Of a stretch of DNA of 64,000 nucleotides, positions 49,051-61,150 are shown in pieces. Positions within the stretch are counted from its first letter, which is position 1. Each line of letters starts with the position of its first letter. The position numbers were made by a program, and so were the translations under genes. The stretch is taken from assembly GCF_001194135.2 (NCBI RefSeq), contig NC_068981.1, positions 78,788,085 to 78,852,084 on the forward strand, in the 5' to 3' direction. This DNA is from Octopus bimaculoides (taxonomy: Eukaryota). The notes under the pieces were generated by a model that searched no databases, was not told the origin of the DNA, and saw only the letters and a list, made by a program, of their open reading frames with translations.

Positions 49051-49736
49051 AAGTCATCCCTAGAACATAATCTTATATCATAAATTTTACAATATTTGGC
49101 AAAAGAAACAAAAATATGCAATATCAAGAAACAATTTCAAGCAAAAGTAAGAAAACTAAAAACTAGCCATGAATCCTGACTGCAAATACTGTTGATAGAG
49201 AGTTAGAACAATGCATGCAATTGGCATGTCTGTGCAACATAAAACAAAAAAAGCAGACCCTCCACCCACCAGAGAGGGCAATTAAGCAAGTCTCTCAAAG
49301 ACACAAATGAAATTAAACTGATGCTAGTTTAAGGATACAAGACTATTGTAGTATCCCTGATTGATCTTGTACCAAGGTAACTTATGCATCAAATGGAATT
49401 CAGGTCTTTTCCCTCATTAACACAAGATACCTGCCATTGATTCCAGCCACTTAGCTACTTTGCTTCTCACTTCTATATATGTTTTCATGCAGGTTTTTAC
49501 TATGCTTGTGTCCAGTTTTATTCAATATATATGTTATCAGAAGAAATGAGAGCCTTAGTACAAATTTTTTCATTAGAACTCTTGCCCATTTGATATGGAC
49601 ACAAAATAATAAAAATGACAAAGAATAATGAGATAAATAATAAAAATTTGATTAGTCAGAAATACGATAATGTTATTTTGGTACTGAGATCTTCATGTTG
49701 ACTATATATATATACAGTAATACTTCAGTATATGAG

Positions 49737-49958
49737 TTAAGGCGGCGAGCTGGCAGAAACGTTAGCACACCGAGCGAAATGCTTAGCGGTATTTCATCTG
49801 TCTTTACGTTCTGAGTTCAAATTCCACCGAGGTTGACTTTGCCTTTCATCCTTTCAGGATCGATAAACTAAGTACCAGTTGTGTACTGGATCGATTGAAT
49901 CAACTGGTCCCCTCCCCACAAAAAATTTCAGGCCTTGGGCCTAGAGTAGAAAAGGATA
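49737..49958 (+). mobile_element. Second tRNA-derived SINE family (GCCTTTCATCCTTTC..GATAAA..TAAGTACCAG body)
   Basis: AAGGCGGCGAGCTGGCAGAA (A box) and GAGTTCAAATTCC (B box). The body motif recurs in fragments near 23200-23280, 51560, 51760 and 56870-56975, and as a reverse fragment at 50270-50342. Confidence 0.8.
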
Positions 49959-49986
49959 TACGAGCTAATTTGTACCTGGAGACTGC

Positions 49987-50106
49987 TTCATCATCATCAT
50001 CATCATCGTTTAACGTCCGCTTTCCATGCTAGCATGGGTTGGACGACTTGACTGAGGACTGGTGAAACCGGATGGCAACACCAGGCTCCAATCTAAATTT
50101 GGCAGC
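49987..50106 (-). mobile_element. Young RTE tail fragment
   Basis: Reverse complement of 29575-29686. Confidence 0.85.
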
Positions 50107-50559
50107 TTGTAAAGTGAAAATTCATAGAGAACAATAATTTCTCAAAGTAGCAATGTTATAAATCATAATTCATTCCCTGAAAAATATTTTATCAGTAAAA
50201 TCTATAATATTTGTAAATAAATTGCAATAAAACAACAGCAGAATGTAAAGAATATTTTATATAAAGTAAAAAGTTGGCTTTGGTGGAATTTGAACTCAGA
50301 ACATAAAGACAGGCAACGATTCTGCCAGCTCTCCGCCTTAATATCATTATAAATATTGACTATATAAATATCACTGATTTTATTAGGTTTACTGACAAAA
50401 GTTATAGCAGTCTGTAAGTAGACTGTGTACCAAGCATGCTTAGCCCTAAATTGTCATTTCTATTTTTAATAAAAAAAATACTGCAGGCAGTATTTTTCAA
50501 ATAAAATAGATGTTATTTTAAATTTTAATTATAAATCATTTAAGGCCTCACCATCAAAC

Positions 50560-51050
50560 AGAAACAATCAAGACATTAGCAGAGTCTGTATCACTCTGAC
50601 CTTGACTATGCTGATGGTCTGCGTAATATGCAAGACTTGTTAACATCCCTTGGGAATGCTGCAGCCCAATGTTAGTCTAACAGAGAGAAGACTAAGTACA
50701 TGAACATCAATAAAGATGAAAGACCCTTGCCAATTTTGTTCCAACAATGGCACATAATTTAAGGAGGTCAATGACTTTTAAGTACCTTGGGTCCTACATT
50801 GCTGATAATAAGAAAGACTAGCCTGAAATGTCTGTAACAAGTTTCAAAATGTTTGACAATTGAGTATTTCAAAATCAACAAAACTTGCCTTCTTCAGTAC
50901 TGAGCTAAAACCTAAACAATGAAGAAGGAACTTCAAGATAACATTGATGGTACATATATCAAGCTTTTCATGAAGGCTCAAAATATTTTGTGGAGTGAAC
51001 ATTCCACCCACCTCTAAGCTGAGTAGGCCTTGTTGACCACTGCCATCAGG
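50560..51050 (+). mobile_element. RTE-group LINE RT remnant
   Basis: SDLDYADG..MQDLLTSL..NREKTKYM and EVNDF(K)YLGSYIAD across frameshifts. Confidence 0.65.
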
Positions 51051-51904
51051 CCATTTTGAATGTTAAATTTTGAAGACTTCAGTAGCTTAACAAAGGGCTA
51101 AGATCAATCAACTATATAGTCTGAGACAGATAACATGAGACTTGAGGATCTACCAAACCTAATGGAGTTACAGAAACCTGTTACACCATTGTGAAATGCA
51201 TCTCTTAACTCTGCGAGGCAGACAGCACATATGGTAACATTTGATAACATAGATGGCCATATAGCCTTAGAACATCCTAATGACACAAGCGCTCTCTCTC
51301 TCATTTTCTGCTGAATTTTCAATTCAAAATTTCAGATGACAGATTTTTAATTAGCACCAATTTTCACAAGAAAGCTATCTGTTGGCATCTGATTGTGCTT
51401 TATGAATCACTCAGTGCCAAACCCACCTGCACAAAGAACAAGAGCACTCATATAAACAACGGGTGTGTCAAAGCAAGGTTTAGAACTCCCAACTCCAAGC
51501 AGTTCCAAAATGACTGAAAGATAATGGCTACCCAGCAACCTTTGCAGTGTGCAGGGATCAGTGAAATAAAGTACCAGTCAAATACGGGAGTTTGATGGTA
51601 TCAACTAACCCTTTGTGCCTATATTAGAAACAATTATTATTATTATCATTATCATTATTCATATAATTATTCTCTCAAAGTAGATGGAAAGAATCAGATC
51701 AGTGATAAACTAAATGATAAACCATTTAGGCCGCCACTTTCTCTATATTCTTATATTTTAAGTTCAAATCCTGCTAGTGTCAGCTTTGCTTTCACCCTAC
51801 CAGGATCAATAAAAATAAATAGCAGTCAAGGAAAAGGGTTAATCTAATCTAATCTACTAAATTCTTATGCCATAAGTTTTGGCCTTGTGTCTAGGTAACA
51901 AATT

Positions 51905-51905
51905 A

Positions 51906-51946
<41 letters not shown>

Positions 51947-52360
51947 GAGTGAGAGAGCAGTACATGCCATCAAAGTGACACTGGGGTAAAATATACAAAG
52001 CCCAGTATAACTTGTCTGATAAGGGTACACCAGGCACATGCATCACAACCATGTGTGCATGACATGGTATTCTCATATCAAGATAAACAGCACATGACCT
52101 TGCAGGTGGGGCTCAGTTAGAATTTTAGAAAGGTCCCTGAATAAGGGTTGTTTAAAGAGGTTGAATGAAACACCCATGTTTCCAGAGACGAATTATCCAA
52201 ACTCCAAAGAACTCCTCTAAACAAATGGCTATGATGCTTCCCCTCTACTTCTGCTCGTGATCATGGATGCACATATCATCAACCACTAAGGGACATGCTC
52301 AGCTGGTTAAGATCAAACAACTGACAAGTAAATCTGTGGTATTGAGCAGAATATTTGCCA
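51905..52360 (-). mobile_element. Retroposon-like repeat with (AAT)n tail, family unassigned
   Basis: An (ATT)n tract at 51905-51946 abuts about 400 bp of complex sequence, as expected for a reverse-oriented retroposon 3' end. No diagnostic ORF. Confidence 0.45.
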
Positions 52361-52443
52361 AGACAAAACAATGCACATGATAATATTTTCAGTCAGTTAA
52401 GATCAGAAACCACAAGAGCCACTGTCTGGTACTGCATCAGGGC

Positions 52444-52444
<1 letters not shown>

Positions 52445-52484
<40 letters not shown>

Positions 52485-52585
52485 CCACCACCACCACCAC
52501 CACCATCATCACCACCACCACCACCACCATCACCATCATCATCATCATCATCATCATCATTACTATTATTATCATTATCATTATT
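52445..52585. repeat. Compound (CAT)n/(CAC)n/(TAT)n microsatellite
   Basis: Direct reading. It explains the poly-I/T, poly-M/V and poly-D/G ORFs. Confidence 0.97.
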
Positions 52586-52989
52586 AATTGTAATTTTAAA
52601 CAATAGCCTCATCAGACATCAGTACACAAATTTAATGTCAGACTGTTTTTTAACATATCTTTGCCTTCAAGATTTTCCAATGTTTTTAGATAGTAACTGC
52701 TGATTTCTTCAAAATCTATATTTAAATTTCCGAACTTCACTACAAATCAGCAGTAAATTCTCAGAAGTGTTTTTAAAAATTGCAAAAGGAATCAGATATC
52801 TGTGTAAATTTTTCTTTCTAATAATAATCTACTAATTATTAGATATCAGCAATGACTATGACAACAAAATACTGTGAGTGTGTGAGAAATGATAATGCCA
52901 GTGTTTATAAAACACAACATCCAATGCAGTGTCTTGCTGCAGGGTTCATATTTTTCACTTCATTTCTTTAGCCATCTACAAAAATAAAT

Positions 52990-53230
52990 AGCAGTTAAAC
53001 TTAATCTGTTGCATGGTTCGACACTACTACCATCCAAGCCTTCAGTCTCACTGGCGGAGTCCACTCTGTTGCAAGCATTTGGAACAGCTCTCTGGTCTGA
53101 AAATAATAGCCTCCTTTCTTCCCTTCAGATCCTGAGGCCTTGAGAAAAGTCATGGGCACTGACCTTCCTCTGCTGACAACATCAACACATTCCTACCATT
53201 TCATTTGACTACATCCTTTGTACTTTCAAA
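52990..53230 (-). mobile_element. Possible CR1 LINE 3' coding end
   Basis: - strand AHDFSQGLRI*REERRLLFSDQRAVPNACNR resembles RGH..L....R..FFSQRVV..WN. Confidence 0.35.
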
Positions 53231-53394
53231 CTACAATAACATGTGGCAAAAAGTTTGGTCAGTACATGCTTCATTAAACAAAAGAAGCCTACATGGACAG
53301 TCTTACTGACTGCAATAATAATTTAGATAAAAATACAAAAGGTATACTTTTCAAAATTTTTTTTTGGGGGGGGGGGCTTTTAAGCACTTAGTAT

Positions 53395-54050
53395 CATCAT
53401 CATCATCATTTAATGTCCATTTTCCATGGGTTGGACAGTATGACATGGAGCTGACCAGACTCCAAATATCTGTTGTGGCATAGTTTCTATGGCTGGATTC
53501 CTAATGCCAACCACTTAACAGATTGTGCTTGGTGCTTTTTACATGCCACCAGAACAGGTGTGTTCATGCAGCCTTGGCATAGGTGCCTTTACGCAGCACT
53601 GGCACAGGTGCTTTTTATGTAGCACCAACACCTGAAAGGGCAAGCCTGTATGAGTGGAAGACAGCGATTTTATTGAGCTTGGCACATCTTATCAAGTACA
53701 GCAAATTGCCACATCTTCCAGTCCCTTGTCATTTCCTCTGTGAAGCCCAGAATCCGAAGATCCTTTCTCATCACTTCATCCCACATCTTCCTGGGTCTAT
53801 CCCTTCCACAGATACCCTCCATAATTAAAGCACAGCACTTCTTTATACAGCTGTCCTCGTCTATATGCATCACATGACCAAATCGGGAAGTCTTCTCTCT
53901 TGCACACAACATTTGAAGTCTTGTATACCCAGTTATCCTCTTTAATTATTTACACTCTGTCATGTGTGCACACTGATATTACCCATCCAGCAGAGCATGT
54001 TAACTTCATTTCTATGAAGCCTTCACAAGTCCTCTAGTCAAAACCCATGT
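53395..54050 (-). mobile_element. RTE LINE 3' coding end and UTR
   Basis: RFGHVMHIDEDSCIKKC..EGICGRDRPRKMWDEVMRKDL..LGFTEEMTRDW, plus an RTE tail ending (CAT)n at about 53395. Confidence 0.9.
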
Positions 54051-54539
54051 TTAACTGCCATGTAGTATAGCTGTAAGTGCACAGGTATCAGACAATCTAC
54101 CTTTCACTTTTTGTAATTACTGCCAAAGGTGGTCCTACCCCAGATTAAAATAAATTCATGTCTTAGATTGGAAATATACAAAATGATCAACTGTCAATGC
54201 ATCCTCTAACCCCATATGTTATCAATTCTGGATTCAGTAATACTTCATTACTCTTTCTTCTCTGTTCATAATGTTCCTTCTACATTAACAACATTCTTGC
54301 TGTTACTACTAACAACACACATTCCAATGTAGATTATAACATCCTTACATCCTCTTCAAAATACCAAACACTGACATCTACGTATGACCTACATACTTCA
54401 CATCATGCATACATTACCTCCATGAATGGAGACCTTCAAAGTATCCTTCAGTGGAGACACTGAAGGATAATATTTTTTTTTAAGAGAGGGGATATCCTTC
54501 AGTGGCAGAAACATACTAGTAAAACAATCACTTCATATA

Positions 54540-55841
54540 TCAGGTTCAGTAAAAAGTAAGCAACGTTTTGAACCATGAAGAATTTGTACTGGATTTTTGC
54601 AAAGTTTTGAATTTTTTGGCAACTGTCTGATAATATAGACCTAGACTCGCTCAAATGCATCAATAAATTAACATTGATAAAAAATTAAAGCAGCTGAAAC
54701 TGCTTGCAATATCAACAAAATGTTTGGTGAGGAAATGACCAGTGAGTGGTCACCTTGAAAATGGTTTAAATGATTTTGCAGTGGAGACCTGAGCCTTGAA
54801 GATTGTGAGTGTAGAGGATGCCCATCTGTCATCGATGATGGTCAATTAAAGACTGTCGTTGAGAAAGATCCATGAAAAACCAGTCGAGAACTGGCAAAAG
54901 AACTTTAAGTTAGCCAGAAAACTGCCTGCAAACATTTGCATGCAATTGGAAAATCAAACAAGCTCTACAAATGGGTACCACACTATTTGAATGAAAATCA
55001 GAAAATACGCAGATATGAAATTTGCTTGTCACTTCTCCATAACCAGACTGATTCATTTCTCGACAGTATTGTAACTTGCGATGAAAAGTGGATTCTGTAC
55101 AATGATAAAAAACGTTCTTCACAGTGGTTGGACCAAAATGAAGCATTGAAAACCTTCCTTAAACCTGAGCTCTTCAAAAACAAGGTTGTGGTGACTGTTT
55201 GATGGTGTACTACAGAACACATCCACTAAAACTTCTTAAAACCCAGAAAAATCATTTCTGCAGAAACATATTGCCATGAAATTGCCAAAATGAACGAAAA
55301 ACTGCTANNNNNNNNNNNNNNNNNNNNNNNNNNNNNNNNNNNNNNNNNNNNNNNNNNNNNNNNNNNNNNNNNNNNNNNNNNNNNNNNNNNNNNNNNNNNN
55401 NNNNNNNTGAAATTGCCAAAATGAACGAAAAACTGCTACTCCTCCATCCCAGACTGGCCAACAGAAGAGGGCCAATCATTCTTCATGAGAATGCTTGACT
55501 ACACGTTTCACTATTGATGCTCCAGAAGTTGAGGGAACTTGGCTACAAAGTTCTTCCCCAGACCTTTCTTCTACCGACTACCACTTTTTCAAGCACCTTG
55601 ATGGTTTCTCTTGAGAGAAGGAGTTAAAAAATCAAACCGATGCTGAAAGTGCATTCAAAGAGTTTATCAGCTCCAGAACTCCAGCTTTCTATGTTACCGG
55701 AATAAACAAACTTGTAACTAGTTGGCAAAAGTGTGTTGATTGTAATGGCACTTATTTCGATGAATAAAATTTCTGTATTGTTGAAATATATTGAGGTGAA
55801 TTTCATGTTTCAAAACCTTGCTTACTTTTTACTCAGCCTCA
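54540..55841 (+). mobile_element. Full-length decayed mariner (DD34D-type) with both TIRs and TA duplication
   Basis: TA|TCAGGTTCAGTAAAAAGTAAGCAACGTTTTGAACCATG versus CATGTTTCAAAACCTTGCTTACTTTTTACTCAGCCTCA|TA. Motifs KAAETACNIN, WVPHYL, IVTCDEKW, LHENA (HDNA) and PDLSSTDYHFF. Several stops. Confidence 0.95.
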
Positions 55842-56621
55842 TATATATCACAGAAAAGTCTTCTCACACTTAATCACTCCACTCATCTCACGTCACACAC
55901 AGATGGACCATAAACAACAACAAAATTTGTACTAGCTTTGAACTCGTTTTCATAGAAACCTCACATATACAGCATTGCCAAAACTACATCCTAAAGACTA
56001 GGTTTCCTCCTCAAGGACAGAAACAACACACTATACATCAATTGCTACACCTTAATTCATGCAAGGCATTCAATGAAATCTCAAATAGTTAATTAGTGAA
56101 TACCAAGTCAGTCTTCAATATGCTACAATCACTGGTTCAAAGTTATGTTGTTTGTTTTCTTAACATCTTCTGCCAAAACTGTATGAACCGAATGTATTTG
56201 CATTGTCCTCTATCATTATTGCACTATGTCCCACTGCCCAACTGTGTAGCATAAAGCCCTTTGCTAAAATCTACTCCCTTAGTGCTGCACTCCTCTGGAA
56301 CATCTCTGCCTGCCTAGGTTATGCTAAACATTAATAACCTGTAAAAGTTTATACTAAATACAACCATATTAAATATAACAGTTTGAGAGGTACTGCAATG
56401 ATAAAGGGCACAACCCTTCCTCCTCATTTATTACACTAAAGCATAATAAACATTTAAAATAGACACACACACACACACAAAGACAAAGGAATGTGCTAAA
56501 TGCCATACAGATAGGTTTGGTTTCGAGAGAAAGTAAACAAGCATTTAATGGCAGTTGCAACTGATTCTAAATGAGAAGTTGGTGGGGGACAGTAAATCTC
56601 AAGCAATCAGCAATTCTCTAG

Positions 56622-56657
<36 letters not shown>

Positions 56658-58569
56658 TACATACACAGCATGTTCAAACATACATGTGTCTGTATGGCAG
56701 TAAATGAGATAAAGAGAAAGAGAGCACAAGCAAACATGAGTACAATGACTTAGTGATCTGATTCATTTATTTATTCTATAAACAACACAGGTATAACTGG
56801 AATAGTTAGATCAATGAAACCTCACTCAATACAAGTGTTCCTTTTTCTTTTTCTTTTCTGCTGCAATGTAAATAAGGGTCGATAAATAAAGTACCAGCTG
56901 AGTACTGGGGTCGATGTGATTGACTGTGTCCCCCTCCCCACAAAATCCAGGCCTTGTGCTTATAGTAGAAAGGATTATTAATATTCCCCCACCCCCACCC
57001 CCAAGAGAATGGCAAATTCCAGTGACTCACAACTGTTTAATGAATTCTGTCATTCATTTTTCTGGTATAACCCTCACTCAAGGAGAATATTTAATGATAA
57101 TATGAAAAAAAGAACAAAACAAGATAAACATATTACATGGGTTTGGTCACTAACAGATAAAGAAAGGCCAGAGGGTGAAAAATAAAAAAAGCTGGAGTGA
57201 AAATGATGCATAGTAATTCAAAGTACAGTTGATCAGAAAAATTGATGGCTTTAACAATTAGATGAAGTATTCAGCAGATCCTTGCATCTTATGCTACTAT
57301 GGACAAATTTAAATGAGGTCTAAAACCCACAATGATCTATGACCACAAAAATGACACTAATAACAGAAGGGGAGGAGAAGGAGGTAATAGTGATGGTGAT
57401 AATGGTGACAGTAACAATGATGATGGCAAAAACAATAAGAATAATTTCTAAGGTCCAAATCCTGTCAACATTCAGCAGTTTACCTGGCCACTGCTAACTC
57501 ACAGGAGGGAAGGAAGTCTTCTTTTGAAACAAAAAAACTTCAATCTTTACTTTGAGTCCTATACTGCTGGCTGGTAGACTCACTATATACATACATAACA
57601 CCTGCAACACAGACATTAATAAATGACAAATACAGCTGGGAACCCATAAACAAATAACCAAAAAATAGCAGCAGGCCTGATTATTTGAATAAAGTGTTGT
57701 TGATGGTGTGAATGGAGGGTTAAGCTGAAAGCTTATCCATCAAATTACATTCTTACAGCAGCTGATAATACTGGAAGTGAGGTAGGTGAGAAAGGAAGAT
57801 TACAAATATTTTCTCTCTATTCTTTAAGGCTATATCATAACATCAGTCAAAATCAATAGTTAGTCGCATGTGTTCACTAACAGATCTGTGACACTAAAAG
57901 TTCTTCAATCAGATATCTTGTCTAAATGTTTACAAAGGCAATGAGCAAATTATGCTTTTTGACCAGCAAATATTTTAGATCTGTCATCAGGGAAATGGCT
58001 ATGCTCAATAATACAGATCAAAATTCCATAAAATGTACTCAATGAGACCTTTAGAGATACACAAGGGATGTAGCAGAATCAAAATCAGGTTGACAATGAA
58101 TAAAGTCCTTGCTTGTGGCAGATATTCAGGAATAGTTAGCACTGATCCAAAGAAAACATGTCAGACACTTGGATGTGATCATTATCATGTAAACATAAAA
58201 ACAAAACATTGTTTCTGGAATTTGAAAAAAACATTTTGAAACAGGAAGAAACATAAACAAATCAACAATATTTAGGATGCTATACACTATACCACCAGAA
58301 ACAATTAAAAGGTCACCTTATGGCTGTAGTGGCTGTACCTGTTTACTTCAGAATTCATTGTAGATAGTCATGCCTTAAATGAGATGAACAAAGGAATGTA
58401 CTATCCATCCTTGACACCTGCAGATTGAATAGCAAAATAAGTCCAACATCACCACACCTACCCACTTCCCCATATAACTATCATTCCTTCCTCTCTTTCC
58501 ATCACCTTCCCCTCTTCCCCACTAAATACACACAGAAATACCAACTTAACTCAACCAACCTTCACACTG

Positions 58570-59800
58570 GTCAGAAGGGTTAAATATCCCTCTGGTAAAC
58601 ATCCATTAATGTTATATTGCCTGAAGAAATGAATCCATGAAGATGATCTACCCGATGCCCATTGATACTACAGACTATACTGTAATCATTCCATGAATAC
58701 AGACTGTGATCTGAGGACAGATAAGGTGGCGTTATTACCCACATACAGGGGAAGACGCAGTGTCAGAATTAGGATAGCAAGAGTGCCACCTGAGATTAAA
58801 ACTGAGTGGTTGGTGGCGGCTATTCTAGCTGCAACCAAGAACAACCCAGAACTGGGACCAGTTGGAGAGACCCAAAAGCTGAACTGGTGGGGATTTGGGG
58901 TCGAGATGTGGCTGTTTGCAACATTTCAGGACATCAAAAGGATCCCCTACCAGATTGAGATAGAGGAAGAAAAAACATTGAATGTAGTTGTGGAAGGATG
59001 GAGACCAAACTGTTACATATGCGGAGTGAGGGGCCAAATGAAGACTCAGTGCCCCTTGTTTTAACTATATGCATAGCGAGAAGGTGGAGGAGAAGGAGCA
59101 GGAGAGGGAGACAGAGGAGAGAGTACAAATAAGAAATGACAAAAGCAAGGAGGAATGTACCAGGGACATTAAAGAAAAGGAAAAGAGTGAGGTGAAAGAG
59201 GCAGAGGAGGGGAGTGACAGGTTTGTCACCCACAAAAGAAGGAAGAGAACAAAGGTAAGGGAGCATTTAGCAGAACCCAAGAAGTCACAGAAAGGTAAGA
59301 AACGACTTGAAGCCAAAAATATGCAAGAGAGAGAGAGAGGAAAAAACAATAGAAGAAGAGTGCAAATATAAGGGTTATTTGGTAGTGTATGGGAAGAGTG
59401 TGGATGCGGAGAGAAAAATTGCAAAATGGAAGGGACTGGTGAGAGTGAAGCTGCCAAGAGAGGGATTTGATGTGGATGATAAAGGTATTATGATACCTGA
59501 TGAAAAATATGAGAGATTTATGATTGGATTGTTTGAACATATGAATATGGCAGAAGGGTTATTGTTGTTTGAGACTCTACCTTCTATAGTAGAATATGAT
59601 GTGTTGAAAAGAATAGAGATACCAAAGTATTAGAACTTGTAATTTGAAAAAAAGGAAAGACTGGAAAAAAGAAATAATGTACTAATGTGAACTTTCATCT
59701 CCTTTTTGTAATTTTTAGCTCCCTGTCACGTTTTGTATTGTCATCAAGCATCAAAAGTTAGCCTTTTATAGGTATTAAAGAATCAGACTGTGATCTTAAG
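58570..59800 (+). mobile_element. L1/Tx1-like ORF1 (gag-like zinc knuckle) remnant with no following ORF2
   Basis: Three consecutive frames: 58693-59064 (VVVEGWRPNCYICGVRGQMKTQCP, a CX2CX4[H>Q]X4C knuckle), 59069-59371 (E/K/R-rich linker) and 59307-59633 (globular-looking C-terminus). No endonuclease or RT follows. Confidence 0.65.
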
Positions 59801-59881
59801 AGACATTTAATTTTTGAAAACACGTGCAGTGATGCATTAAAATATTCATAAATTCCATTCAAAGATTGTTGTTATCTTTAC

Positions 59882-59912
<31 letters not shown>

Positions 59913-59914
59913 GT

Positions 59915-60206
59915 GTCGATAAGCCAGCTGGAGGAGATGTTCTCCTGGGGCTAAAAGCAACAGTAACATCCACCCTTAGGGGTCAGCCACATTTAAATGG
60001 CAAATATACTTCACTTTATCGTGCAGTTACTGTTAACACCTCGTTCAGAGATTTAACATTGCTTGTTTTCACTTTTTCGATATCAGTGAATAACTTCACT
60101 GGAAAAAGACTTATATATTGCCAAGGGATTGTCATTCTCATCGAAGGTCGGCGATTATCGTACGCTGAAGAAGGGAAATAACCCTGAAACTCGGGTCCGT
60201 ACGTAT
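59915..60206 (+). mobile_element. About 290-bp CpG-intact hammerhead-terminated unit between (TA)n tracts (pLTR- or retrozyme-like)
   Basis: Complex sequence begins right after (TA)n and ends with the hammerhead and an N gap, after which (TA)n resumes. Confidence 0.6.
60159..60203 (+). ncRNA. Canonical minimal type I hammerhead ribozyme
   Basis: CGTACG-CTGAAGA-AGGG-AAATAA-CCCT-GAAA-C-TCGG-GTC-CGTACG. Stem I is 6 bp, stem II is 4 bp, stem III is AC/GT with self-complementary ACTCGGGT, the core is complete, and GUC cleavage falls after 60197. Confidence 0.88.
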
Positions 60207-60554
60207 NNNNNNNNNNNNNNNNNNNNNNNNNNNNNNNNNNNNNNNNNNNNNNNNNNNNNNNNNNNNNNNNNNNNNNNNNNNNNNNNNNNNNNNNNNNNNN
60301 NNNNNNNNNNNNNNNNNNNNNNNNNNNNNNNNNNNNNNNNNNNNNNNNNNNNNNNNNNNNNNNNNNNNNNNNNNNNNNNNNNNNNNNNNNNNNNNNNNNN
60401 NNNNNNNNNNNNNNNNNNNNNNNNNNNNNNNNNNNNNNNNNNNNNNNNNNNNNNNNNNNNNNNNNNNNNNNNNNNNNNNNNNNNNNNNNNNNNNNNNNNN
60501 NNNNNNNNNNNNNNNNNNNNNNNNNNNNNNNNNNTATATATATATATATATACA

Positions 60555-60632
60555 TGACTGGCTTCTTTTAGTTTTCATCTACCAAATCCATTTACAAGGA
60601 TTTGGTCAGCCCATGGCTATAGAAGATACAGA
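60555..60632 (-). mobile_element. SINE head fragment
   Basis: GGCTTCTTTTAGTTTTCATCTACCAAATCCATTTACAAGGATTTGGTCAGCCCATGGCTATAGAAGA. Confidence 0.75.
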
Positions 60633-61044
60633 TTTAGTTTTTTTCATTTGCTAAATATGCATTATTTAAAAGGAAGTAAAAAAAAATGAGTCCCAAAAAT
60701 ATTTGAAATGAAAAATATGTAAAAATACTAACACACAGAAAAATTAAAACAAAACACATGGGTGAAAAGTATCTCGTGGTGTGAAGAAACAAGTGTGAAA
60801 AATCAACATAGAACCATAACACAGCAAGCAGTTGTCATGGTAACAAGCTGCTAATGCCACGCTGTCTGTTGATTGGCTAAAATTACCCAAATTTCCCAAC
60901 TTTAATTCCAAATAACATCACATTCTTTAATTTATGAGATAAAGTAATTGGTTGATTGTAATCAAAATTCGGAGTTGCACTGATACACCAAAATTGAAAG
61001 CAGTCTGAGCAAAATTAAAGAGGGCTCATTTTGCAAATGAAAAA

Positions 61045-61150
61045 GACTAGATCCAAAGATACTGCCCAAGGTGTCACACAGTAAGACTTGAATCTGAACC
61101 CATGCAGCTGGGACGCAAACTTCTTACCACACAGCCATGCCTGCACATAC
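61045..61150 (-). mobile_element. SINE head fragment
   Basis: GCCCAAGGTGTCACACAG..AACTTCTTACCACACAGCCATGCCTG. Confidence 0.75.

Noticed and set aside
55277-55438. 31-bp direct repeat inside the mariner, flanking gap 55308-55407
   Set aside because: Assembly overlap, not an insertion into the transposase.
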